From contig DATCXD010000609.1 of assembly GCA_036566005.1 (NCBI GenBank), positions 1 through 30,061 on the forward strand: 30,061 bases of DNA, given 5' to 3'. The notes under the pieces are model-generated. The model ran no database searches and was not told the DNA's origin. It was given only the letters and a program-made list of their open reading frames with translations. This DNA is from Micromonosporaceae bacterium. Its GTDB lineage: Bacteria > Actinomycetota > Actinomycetes > Mycobacteriales > Micromonosporaceae. The first letter of the stretch is position 1. Each line of letters opens with the position of its first letter. A program made the position numbers and the translations under genes. Below are positions 16,237 through 24,894 of the stretch, piece by piece.

Positions 16237-16806
16237 ATGCGGTCCGACATCAGCCAGGGCGGCATCTTTCCCGACTACGCGCTGCCCGACCAGACCGGCA
16301 CCGTCCGTACGCTCAGTGAGCTCCAGGGCCGCGACCCGCTGGTCCTCATGCTGTCGCGCGGCCACTACTGCCCGAAAGAGCACCAGCAGCACCTTGAGTT
16401 GGCGGCGTTCCAGTCGAAGGTCGCCGTCGCCTACACCCAGATGGTCACGATTTCCACCGACGAGCACCACACGCTGCAGGAGTTCCGCGCGTCGGTCGGT
16501 GCCCAGTGGACCTTCCTCTCCGACCCCGGGCGGACGATCCAGAGGGACCTGGACATCCAGGAGTACACAGATCCCGAGCACGACCCGATGATCCCGCACA
16601 CGCTCGTGCTCAAGCCGGGGCTCGTTATTCACAGCATCTACAACGGCTACTGGTTCTGGGGTCGCCCGTCGGTCGACGATCTGTGGCGTGACCTGCGCGC
16701 GGCGTCGCGGGAGATCCGGCCGGACTGGGACCTGAGCACGCGGGGCCTGCGTGAGGCCTGGGTCGCGGGCGACCACTCTCCATTTCACGGATGGGACCGG
16801 CGCTAA
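16237..16806 (+). CDS. Redoxin / AhpC-TSA family protein with a single Cys (CxxE), 189 aa
   Basis: FPDYALPDQTG..RTLSEL, RGHYCPKE, FLSDPGR and PHTLVL thioredoxin-fold pattern. GAGAGG RBS before ATG 16237. Confidence 0.8.
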   Translation: MRSDISQGGIFPDYALPDQTGTVRTLSELQGRDPLVLMLSRGHYCPKEHQQHLELAAFQSKVAVAYTQMVTISTDEHHTLQEFRASVGAQWTFLSDPGRTIQRDLDIQEYTDPEHDPMIPHTLVLKPGLVIHSIYNGYWFWGRPSVDDLWRDLRAASREIRPDWDLSTRGLREAWVAGDHSPFHGWDRR

Positions 16807-16889
16807 GCCGCACTGAGCACGCTCGCTCGCAGGCACGGCGACGTACCTCTGGGATCGGATCGGGAACGAAGCGCTCGGTCGAGCCGCCG

Positions 16890-19157
16890 TCACGCTGTTA
16901 CCTCGCCAGCCGGTTTGACGGTGACGATCTCGTCGCCCGCGGCCGATGCAGGAGCGGATCTGCGCCGGACCAGTCGCCGTCCCGGCCATTGGCTCGCGCT
17001 TCCGATGACCGAGAGCACGGCCGGTGCGAGGAGCGACCGCACCACGAACGCGTCGAGGAGGATGCCGACCGACAGCGCGAAGGCCAGCTCCCGGAAGGGT
17101 TGTAGCGGTATCAATGCCAGCAGCCCGAAGCTCGCCGCGAGGGTGAATGCGGCGATGCGGATGGCTCGGGCCGACTGGGGCAGGGTCACGGCCAGCGCCT
17201 CGCGCAACGGCCGGCCCTGGGCCTCCTTCCACGCCGGGCCGATGCCGAAGATGTTGTAGTCGGAGCCGAGCGAGATCAGGACGACCGCAGCGGCGAACGG
17301 CACATAGAATGTGATGCCGTCGTGGCCGAGCGTGTCCTCAAACAGCCACACGGTCAGCCCGAGCGTTGCGGCGATGGCGAGGAGGCTGCATCCGAGTAGC
17401 ACCAGCGGTGCCAGCGGCGCTTTCAGATACAGCATCAGGAACAGCAGGTTGGCGGCGAGCGCGGCGAGTGCGATGCGGCTCAAGTCGTGGACGGTCTGAT
17501 CGACGATGGCTGCGGTGATCGCGGTGTCGCCGTCGATGCTCACCCGTGCCCCGCCGAGCCCGGCCGCCGCGGCCAGGCCGGGGAGGTCCCGCTGCAGGCG
17601 TGACATCGTCGCCACGGCTTTGGCGCCCAACGGGTCGTCGGACAGCACAAGCAGGTACCGGGCGGCGGCGCCGTCCTTCGACGAGAGCAGCGGGGCGAGC
17701 TGCGTGATTGTCACGTCGGTCGGGCCGATGACCGCCGCGATGCCGGATCTGCGGGCGATCGACTTTTCGAGTGCGGCGAGTTGGGGCTTGTGCCCGGTGA
17801 TGCCGGCTCCTTCGAGGAGGATCTCGGTCGGCGACAGGATGCCCTTCGCGAATCCGGTCTCGGCCCGGTCCGCTGCCGCTCGAGCGGGGTCACTGCTGGG
17901 CAGCGCTTGGATGAATGACAAACCGAGAGTGAGGTGACGGGCCGGCGCAGCAGCCCATAGCAAGCCGCCGACGCAGGCGACGAGCACGATCAGCGAGTAG
18001 GCCGGTCGGGTAAGCATCCGCGACCAGCCTGTCGCGGGAGCGACGACCGGTCCGTCGGGCGCGGCCGTCCGGGTCCTTCTGCGGGGGGTCCAGAACAGTG
18101 ACGATCCGAGGATGCCCAGAAGCGCTGGCATCAGGGTGACCGCGACGATCATCCCGATCAGCACGGCGAGCCCCATGCCGGGGCCGAACGCGCGGAACGT
18201 CGGCGAGCCGGCGACGATGAGCGCCCCGGTACCGGCAGCGGCGGTGATCCCCGCGATTGCGATGATCGGCGACGATTGTGCGGTGGCCCAGCGGGCGGCG
18301 GTGAGCCGGTCAGCCCCGACTTCCAGTTGCGCTCGAGCGGCCGATAAGTAGAACACCGCATAGTCAGTTACCACGCCGAGCAGCAGCGCGATCAGCAGCG
18401 GCTCGGCCTCCTGCGGTACCGCGATGTCGTAGCGCGCGGCCAGTGCGCCGCCGACGTGCAGGGTGAACACGACTGCCACGCCGGCTACGGCCAGCGCAGC
18501 GATCGGAGCTAGCAACGACCGGAACGCGAACGCGACGATGAGGAACACGGCGGCCACCGTCGCGGCCTCCAGCCACTTGAGTGACGACAGCATGATGTCG
18601 CTCTGTTCGACGCGTGCCGGTATCGATCCGCTGATCCCGACCACGTCGTCGTCGGCTCGGAAGTGCTCGGCAACATACTGCCGGGCCGCTGCCGTCTGCT
18701 GGCCGAAGTCAAGGTCGGGCGGCATGAACAGGTACGTGATGATGGTGGTCCCCGGTTGCCGTACGCCGCGTAGCGCCGCGTTCGGAACCGGTACCGCCGC
18801 CCGGACCGATCCGGCCCGGGCGGTCACGGTTTCGCGGGCGCGGGCTATGGCTCGCGCCATCACGGGCGCGGGCAGGCCGTGGGCGTTGTATTGCACGATA
18901 GCGACGCGGCTCAGGAGTGAATATCCGAATTTGTCGGCCGATCGCAGCTCCGTCTGGACGGCCGGATTATTCGTCGATACCAGCTGACTGAGATCCTCGC
19001 CGTTGTTGCCGATCGCCGGCAGCCGCATGAAAACCACGACGGCCCCAGCGACCCAGCCGGCCAGGACGATCCATCGCAGGCCGACCATCAGGCGGGCGTA
19101 CGCCCGCAACAACAAGCTGAATCGCGAGCGGCTGCGACTACCGGTGTCGGCGGTCAT
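16890..19157 (-). CDS. MmpL (RND-superfamily) membrane transporter, 755 aa
   Basis: Two TM repeats separated by extracytoplasmic loops, each with the Asp-Tyr pair (GVVTDYAVF, SLGSDYNIF). C-terminal GILLDAFVVRSLLAPA. Confidence 0.92.
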   Translation of the reverse strand: MTADTGSRSRSRFSLLLRAYARLMVGLRWIVLAGWVAGAVVVFMRLPAIGNNGEDLSQLVSTNNPAVQTELRSADKFGYSLLSRVAIVQYNAHGLPAPVMARAIARARETVTARAGSVRAAVPVPNAALRGVRQPGTTIITYLFMPPDLDFGQQTAAARQYVAEHFRADDDVVGISGSIPARVEQSDIMLSSLKWLEAATVAAVFLIVAFAFRSLLAPIAALAVAGVAVVFTLHVGGALAARYDIAVPQEAEPLLIALLLGVVTDYAVFYLSAARAQLEVGADRLTAARWATAQSSPIIAIAGITAAAGTGALIVAGSPTFRAFGPGMGLAVLIGMIVAVTLMPALLGILGSSLFWTPRRRTRTAAPDGPVVAPATGWSRMLTRPAYSLIVLVACVGGLLWAAAPARHLTLGLSFIQALPSSDPARAAADRAETGFAKGILSPTEILLEGAGITGHKPQLAALEKSIARRSGIAAVIGPTDVTITQLAPLLSSKDGAAARYLLVLSDDPLGAKAVATMSRLQRDLPGLAAAAGLGGARVSIDGDTAITAAIVDQTVHDLSRIALAALAANLLFLMLYLKAPLAPLVLLGCSLLAIAATLGLTVWLFEDTLGHDGITFYVPFAAAVVLISLGSDYNIFGIGPAWKEAQGRPLREALAVTLPQSARAIRIAAFTLAASFGLLALIPLQPFRELAFALSVGILLDAFVVRSLLAPAVLSVIGSASQWPGRRLVRRRSAPASAAGDEIVTVKPAGEVTA

Positions 19158-19344
19158 CGGACATCACCGTAGTTTCGGGGAGTGATGACCGGCGATACCC
19201 GCCAGCTGAGGTACAGAAACGCCCGCCCGGAACGCTGCCCGGAATCGAGGTATGGCGCGCAGCCTCGGCGTACCGGAGATCGGGCGCCGTATCCGGCTCG
19301 GCTAACGGCAAAGTCTCGGTTCGGCATCGATGAGGTCGTTGATC

Positions 19345-19373
19345 TTGCCTTAGCAAGTGCGGCGCTCTACCGT
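19345..19373 (+). promoter_or_regulatory. Sigma70/HrdB-type promoter for the sugar ABC operon
   Basis: TTGCCT (19345-19350) - 17 nt - TACCGT (19368-19373). Confidence 0.65.
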
Positions 19374-19374
19374 T

Positions 19375-19400
19375 CGGGAACGTTCCCGGGATCGATTCCA
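19375..19400. promoter_or_regulatory. Tandem LacI-type operators
   Basis: Perfect 14-bp palindrome CGGGAACGTTCCCG (19375-19388) with central CG, overlapping a second imperfect copy CGGGATCGATTCCA (19387-19400). It sits over the predicted transcription start, and a LacI gene lies downstream in the same cluster. Confidence 0.75.
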
Positions 19401-19623
19401 GGACCTTCCCGAGACGCGTGTGATCATGGCGCACATCGGCAAGACCGCCCGAGAAGGTCTCGGGCGCATGACGTGGGGTTCCTGAAATCTGAAGTTGACG
19501 TCATTTCCTCCGGCGGCCGCGTTTCGTATGTCGTTCGAGATCTTGTGCGGCATTTCGGCGTAGGCGGCCACTTGCCCCGATCCACCCAGCGAGCGCATCC
19601 AGGTCTCGAGTACGGAGGTCAAC

Positions 19624-20949
19624 GTGAGTCAGTCGAGTTTGTCCCGGCGTAACTTCCTTGGTCTAACCGTGGGCGCCGCCGGTGCCGCGGCCCTCGCGGC
19701 ATGCGGCACCTCAGGTCCGTCCAGCGCGGGTAGCGGCAAGAGCACCGCTGCGTACTGGTCGCTTTCCGGGCCGCCCGGTCAGCCGATCCGTCAAGCGGCC
19801 ATCGACCGCTTTAACAAGGCGAACCCGTCCACCAAGATCAAAGCGACGTTCTTCCAGAACGACGCGTATAAGCAGAAGATCAAGACGGCGATCGGCGCCG
19901 GTCAGGCCCCGACGATGATCTGGGGCTGGGGCGGCGGCGGCCTCAAGACGTATGTCGACGCCAACCAGGTCGTCGATCTGACCGACTGGTTCGGGCAGAA
20001 CGCCGCCGTCAAGCAGAAGATCCTGCCGTCGACGTTCGGAGCCGGCACCGTCAACGGCAAGATCTACGCCATGCCGATCGAGACCGTGCAGCCGATCGTG
20101 CTCTTCTACAACAAGAAGGTTTTTGACCGTGTCGGCGTGCAGCCGCCGCAGTCTTACGGCGACATCCTCGACCTGATCCCGAAGTTCAACGCCAAGGGGA
20201 TCGCGCCGTTCTCGCTTGCCGGCCAGTCCCGGTGGACGAATATGATGTGGCTCGAGTTCCTGCTCGACCGTCAGGCCGGCCCCGACGTGTTCAACAACGT
20301 GTTTGCCGGCCAGGCGGACGCCTGGTCCGACCCGGCCGTGCTGGAAATGCTGACCAAGGTGCAGAACCTGGTCAAGGACAAGGCGTTCATCAAGGGCTTC
20401 TCGTCGATCACCGCCGACTCCAACGCCGACCAAGCTCTGCTCTACACGGGCAAAGCCGCGATGATGGTGCACGGCTCCTGGTCGTATGGCATCCAGGTGG
20501 CCAACGGCGGCAACTTCGTCAAGTCCGGCGGTCTGGGCTGGATGAACTTCCCCGGGATCGACGGCGGCAAGGGCGACCCGTCTGACACCGTTGGCAACCC
20601 CGGCCAGTACCTCTCGATCTCGTCGAAGTCGTCGGCCGCCGACCAGGCCGTGGCGAAGAAGTTCTTCTCCACCACCCTGGTTGACGACGCCGAGAAGGCC
20701 GGCTGGGTCAAGTCGGGCGGCGTGCCGGTCCTGACTGACAGCGCCAGCCTGTTCACCGGCGACGACGCGCAGTACCTCAAGGACATGTCCGCGATCGCGT
20801 CGGGGGCCAAGATCTTCGCTCAGTCCTGGGACCAGGCGCTGAGCCCGACCGTCGCCGAGACGCTGCTGGACAACATCGCCAAGCTGTTCCAGCTGCAGAT
20901 CAGCCCGCAGCAGTGGGTCGACAGCATGAACGGGGTCATCGGTCAATGA
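19624..20949 (+). CDS. Carbohydrate ABC transporter substrate-binding lipoprotein, BxlE-like (Tat signal)
   Basis: SRRNFL twin-arginine motif plus lipobox LAAC; APTMIWGWGGG and FSLAGQSRWTNMMWLEFL resemble Streptomyces BxlE-type proteins. GGAGG RBS before GTG 19624. Confidence 0.9.
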   Translation: MSQSSLSRRNFLGLTVGAAGAAALAACGTSGPSSAGSGKSTAAYWSLSGPPGQPIRQAAIDRFNKANPSTKIKATFFQNDAYKQKIKTAIGAGQAPTMIWGWGGGGLKTYVDANQVVDLTDWFGQNAAVKQKILPSTFGAGTVNGKIYAMPIETVQPIVLFYNKKVFDRVGVQPPQSYGDILDLIPKFNAKGIAPFSLAGQSRWTNMMWLEFLLDRQAGPDVFNNVFAGQADAWSDPAVLEMLTKVQNLVKDKAFIKGFSSITADSNADQALLYTGKAAMMVHGSWSYGIQVANGGNFVKSGGLGWMNFPGIDGGKGDPSDTVGNPGQYLSISSKSSAADQAVAKKFFSTTLVDDAEKAGWVKSGGVPVLTDSASLFTGDDAQYLKDMSAIASGAKIFAQSWDQALSPTVAETLLDNIAKLFQLQISPQQWVDSMNGVIGQ

Positions 20950-21863
20950 CATCGCTCGCTCCGCCCGCCGCACGGGTGAACGCGTCTAAGGGCGCCGGCG
21001 GGCGGAGCGGCGTCGCCTGGATGGCGCTGCCCGCACTGCTGATGTTCCTGGCGTTCGGCCTGGTGCCGCTCGTCGGCGTGCTTGCATTGACCTTCACCAC
21101 CTGGGACGGGATCGGCGCGATCCACCCGTCCGGGCTGACCAGCTGGCGGTCCGAACTCGCCGACCCCGGGCTGCTGCACTCGCTCTGGGTCACGTTCGAG
21201 ATCATGGCTATCTCGTGGGTCGTGCAGACTCCGATCTCCATCCTGATCGGAGTGTTTCTGGCCGCATCCAAGAAATACCGTGGACTATTGGCGGTGCTGT
21301 ACTTCGTCCCGTTGCTGCTGTCCTCGGCGGCCATCTCGATCACGTTCAAGGCGCTGCTCGACCCAAACTTCGGAATTGGCGCCGGCCTCGGGCTCGGCAT
21401 ACTGAAGCAGGACTGGCTCGGCGACCCCAAGCTCGCCGTCGGTGTGCTGATATTCGTCGTGTCGTGGCAATACATACCCTTCCACTCTTTGATCTACCAA
21501 GGCGCGGTCCGCCAGTTACCCGTCTCGATGTACGAGGCGTCGCAGCTCGACGGCGCGGGCCGGGTCCGGCAGTTCTTCTCGATCACGCTGCCGCAGATCA
21601 AGTACACGATCATCACTTCGTCGACGCTGATGGTCGTTGGCTCGCTGACGTTCTTTGACCTGATCTACGTGCTCACCGGCGGCGGTCCTGGTGACTCCAC
21701 CCGTGCCCTTGCGCTGGAGATGTACCAAAAGGGCTTCATGGCCAACCTCATGGGTCCGGCCAGCGCGATCGCCATGATCCTTGTCCTGGTCGGCTTGCTC
21801 CTGGCTCAGTTGCTGCGCCGCCTCGGCGGCCGCGGCGACGAGAGTATGTCGGAAGGGGTCTGA
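20946..21863 (+). CDS. Carbohydrate ABC transporter permease (BxlF/MalF-like)
   Basis: EAA-type loop LPVSMYEASQLDGAGRVRQFFSITLP and FDLIYVLTGGGPG. ATGA overlap with the SBP stop. Confidence 0.92.
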   Translation: MTSLAPPAARVNASKGAGGRSGVAWMALPALLMFLAFGLVPLVGVLALTFTTWDGIGAIHPSGLTSWRSELADPGLLHSLWVTFEIMAISWVVQTPISILIGVFLAASKKYRGLLAVLYFVPLLLSSAAISITFKALLDPNFGIGAGLGLGILKQDWLGDPKLAVGVLIFVVSWQYIPFHSLIYQGAVRQLPVSMYEASQLDGAGRVRQFFSITLPQIKYTIITSSTLMVVGSLTFFDLIYVLTGGGPGDSTRALALEMYQKGFMANLMGPASAIAMILVLVGLLLAQLLRRLGGRGDESMSEGV

Positions 21864-21864
21864 T

Positions 21865-22767
21865 GTGACGACGACGATCAACGTCGCCGACACGCCGACG
21901 CGCGAGGCGCCTAGGCAAACGAACCGAGTCGGCAAGCTGCCGAGCAAGCTTCGGAAAATGAACTGGACTGGCGGCGCGCTCGGGTGGATTTGGCTGTTCA
22001 TCGTGATGATCCCGATCTACTGGATCGTCATCACGAGCTTCAAGACCCAGGCGAACTACTTCATTACGAACACCTTCGCCCCGCCGAGCCACCCGACGTT
22101 CGAGAACTACAAGACGGTCATCGACAGCGAGATCGTGAGGTACTTCCTCAACAGCGTCATCGTCACCGCCGGAGCCGTGGTCCCGGCGGTGATCATCTCG
22201 TTCATGGCGGCGTACGCGATCATCCGCGGCATCGGCAACCGCTGGCTTCGGTGGACGAACAACATGTTCCTGATGGGCCTGGCGATTCCGCTGCAAGCGG
22301 TGATCATCCCGATCTACCTGATCATCATCCGCCTCAAGCTGTACGACAGCTTGCTCGCCCTAGTCCTGCCGTCGATAGCGTTCGCCATCCCACTGTCCGT
22401 CCTCGTCCTGGGCAACTTCATCCGGGATGTGCCGCGAGAACTGTTCGAGTCGATGTACATGGACGGCGCCACCGAGTGGCGCATACTGTGGCGGCTCGCG
22501 TTCCCGCTGACCCGCCCCGCGCTGGTCACCGTGACCATCTACAACGCACTGGGCATCTGGAACGGCTTCCTGCTGCCGCTGGTGCTGACGCAGAGCCCCG
22601 ATAAGCGCACCATTCCGTTGGCACTAGTCAACTTCCAGGGCCAGTTCGGAGTGGACGTTCCGGCAATCACCGCCTCCGTCACGCTCACCACCGTCCCGAT
22701 CATTCTGCTCTACGCAATCGGGCGCCGGCAGCTACTGAGCGGTCTCACTGCCGGCTTCGGTAAGTAA
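21865..22767 (+). CDS. Carbohydrate ABC transporter permease (BxlG/MalG-like)
   Basis: YFLNSVIVT, PRELFESMYMDGA EAA-type loop, WNGFLLPL and GLTAGFGK. GTG lies 1 nt after the previous stop. Confidence 0.92.
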   Translation: MTTTINVADTPTREAPRQTNRVGKLPSKLRKMNWTGGALGWIWLFIVMIPIYWIVITSFKTQANYFITNTFAPPSHPTFENYKTVIDSEIVRYFLNSVIVTAGAVVPAVIISFMAAYAIIRGIGNRWLRWTNNMFLMGLAIPLQAVIIPIYLIIIRLKLYDSLLALVLPSIAFAIPLSVLVLGNFIRDVPRELFESMYMDGATEWRILWRLAFPLTRPALVTVTIYNALGIWNGFLLPLVLTQSPDKRTIPLALVNFQGQFGVDVPAITASVTLTTVPIILLYAIGRRQLLSGLTAGFGK

Positions 22768-22790
22768 CTTCCATAGAACGGCATACACAT

Positions 22791-24836
22791 ATGACATCCG
22801 TACTGCACGCTGCGGTGACCGGCACCGACGACGCCGACGGCTCTGCTGAGCGTCCGTTCCGGACGATCAGCCGGGCCGCTGCCGTCGCCCAACCGGGAGA
22901 CACCGTCGTCGTGCACGCCGGGGAATACCGAGAGTGGGTGAAGCCCCGGCGCGGCGGCCTGAGCGACACCCGGCGGATCAGCTACGAGGCGGCGCCCGGC
23001 GAGCATGTGGTGATCAAGGGATCGGAGCGGATCACCGGCTGGGTCCTAGGGGCCGGGAGCACGTGGCGCGCGACCGTGCCGAACGCGCTGTTCGGCGACT
23101 TCAACCCGTTCGCCGAGGAGATCGTCGGGGACTGGATCGTCTACCGACCTGGCGCGTCGCGCAAGCACCTCGGCGACGTCTACCTCAACGGGGTCAGTTT
23201 CTACGAGGTATCTTCGCGGGCTGACGTGAATGATCCGCCGCTGCGCACCGAGGCGATCGACAACTGGACCGGCGTCACGGACCCGATCCGCGATCCGAAA
23301 CAAACCCAATTCGTCTGGTACGCCGAGGTCAGCGCGGACGAAACGACCATCTGGGCGAACTTCCAAGGCGCCGACCCGAATGCAGAACTGGTAGAGATAA
23401 ACGTACGACCGGCGGTGTTTTTTCCGACCGATCACCACCTCGACTACATCACCGTGCGCGGGTTCGAGCTGTGTCAGGCGGCCTGCCCGTGGACCCCGCC
23501 CACCGCCGACCAGCCCGGCCTGATCGGCCCGAACTGGGCGAAGGGCTGGATCATCGAGGACAACGACATCCACGACGCGAAGTGCTCGGCGATCTCGATC
23601 GGCAAGGAGTCGTCGACCGGCCACAACTACGCGACACTGCGCGGCGACAAGCCCGGCTACCAATACCAGATCGAGTCGGTGTTCTCCGCCCGGAGTATCG
23701 GATGGGACAAGGAGCACATCGGCTCGCACATCATTCGCGGCAATACGATCCACGACTGCGGCCAGAACGGCATCGTCGGCCACCTGGGCTGTGTGTTCTC
23801 CACGATCGAGGACAATCACATCTACAACATCGCGATCAAACGCGAGTTCTACGGGTACGAGATCGGTGGCATCAAGCTACACGCGGCGATCGACGTGACG
23901 ATCCGACACAACCGCATCCACGACTGCACGCTCGGCACCTGGCTGGATTGGCAAACCCAGGGTACCCGCATCTCCCGCAACCTGTTTCACGGCAACAACC
24001 GGGACCTGTTCGTCGAGGTGAGCCACGGCCCGTATCTGGTCGAGCACAACATCCTGGCCTCGCCGGCCGCGCTGGAGCTGTGGAGCCAGGGCGGGGCATT
24101 CGTGCACAACCTGATCTGCGGCACGGTGCGGCTCGAACCGGTCATGGATCGAGCCACCCCCTACCACCGCCCACACAGCACTCAGGTGGCCGGCTACGCG
24201 TTCATCGTCGGCGGCGACGACCGCTGGATCGGCAACTTGTTTTTCGGTGGTAAAGCCGCGACCGCGTACGGCCCGGGCCGGGAGGGCGTCGGCTCGGCGG
24301 TCGCCGGGACCGCCGGTTACGACGGTTACCCCGCCTCGTTCGAGGATTACATGGCGCGCATCGCGGCTCAACCGCCGGGCGACCACCAGCGGTTCCTGGA
24401 CGTTAAGCAGCCCGTGTACGCACACAGCAACGTCTACGCGGCCAGCGCTGCCCCGTTCGGGGGCGAGAACGACGCCGTCGTCCTTCCCGCCGGAACCGTC
24501 TCGGTCGTCGTCGAGGGCGGCGCCGTCTACCTGGAGACGAACCTGCCGGTTGAGTTCGACCGCATCAGCCTCGAACCCATTACCGGCCGAGACCTCGAGC
24601 GCGTCCGTTTCGCCGACGCCAATTTCGAGGAGCCCGATGGCACTCCGGCGGTCATGGACGTGGACGTGAGCGGCGCGCAAAAGTCGCCCGGTCGGCGGTC
24701 GGCCGCCGGGCCCATCGCTGACCTAACTTCAGGCGACTGCCGCACTCAGGTCTGGATGGGCCGGCGCCGTATTTCTCGGCATATCGACCTCCGTCAATAC
24801 TCGGCGGCCTCGCATCGACCATTGTCACCCGCATGA
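22791..24836 (+). CDS. GH120 beta-xylosidase (right-handed parallel beta-helix, XylC-like)
   Basis: Long stretches match my recollection of Thermoanaerobacterium XylC: YREWVKP, KHLGDVYLNG, PPTADQPGLIGPNW.KGWIIEDN, GDKPGYQYQ, GIKLHAAIDV. Catalytic WLDW (Asp) and FVEVSHG (Glu) are present. No signal peptide. Confidence 0.9.
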   Translation: MTSVLHAAVTGTDDADGSAERPFRTISRAAAVAQPGDTVVVHAGEYREWVKPRRGGLSDTRRISYEAAPGEHVVIKGSERITGWVLGAGSTWRATVPNALFGDFNPFAEEIVGDWIVYRPGASRKHLGDVYLNGVSFYEVSSRADVNDPPLRTEAIDNWTGVTDPIRDPKQTQFVWYAEVSADETTIWANFQGADPNAELVEINVRPAVFFPTDHHLDYITVRGFELCQAACPWTPPTADQPGLIGPNWAKGWIIEDNDIHDAKCSAISIGKESSTGHNYATLRGDKPGYQYQIESVFSARSIGWDKEHIGSHIIRGNTIHDCGQNGIVGHLGCVFSTIEDNHIYNIAIKREFYGYEIGGIKLHAAIDVTIRHNRIHDCTLGTWLDWQTQGTRISRNLFHGNNRDLFVEVSHGPYLVEHNILASPAALELWSQGGAFVHNLICGTVRLEPVMDRATPYHRPHSTQVAGYAFIVGGDDRWIGNLFFGGKAATAYGPGREGVGSAVAGTAGYDGYPASFEDYMARIAAQPPGDHQRFLDVKQPVYAHSNVYAASAAPFGGENDAVVLPAGTVSVVVEGGAVYLETNLPVEFDRISLEPITGRDLERVRFADANFEEPDGTPAVMDVDVSGAQKSPGRRSAAGPIADLTSGDCRTQVWMGRRRISRHIDLRQYSAASHRPLSPA

Positions 24837-24894
24837 TCGGCACGATGGGGGAGCGGCAGTTGATGGCTGGCCTGATCGAGGGAGCGACCGAAGA

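Noticed and set aside
19350-19622. 90-aa minus-strand ORF in the mmpL/SBP intergenic region
   Set aside because: No homology cues, no coding-like codon bias, and it overlaps the + strand promoter and operator.
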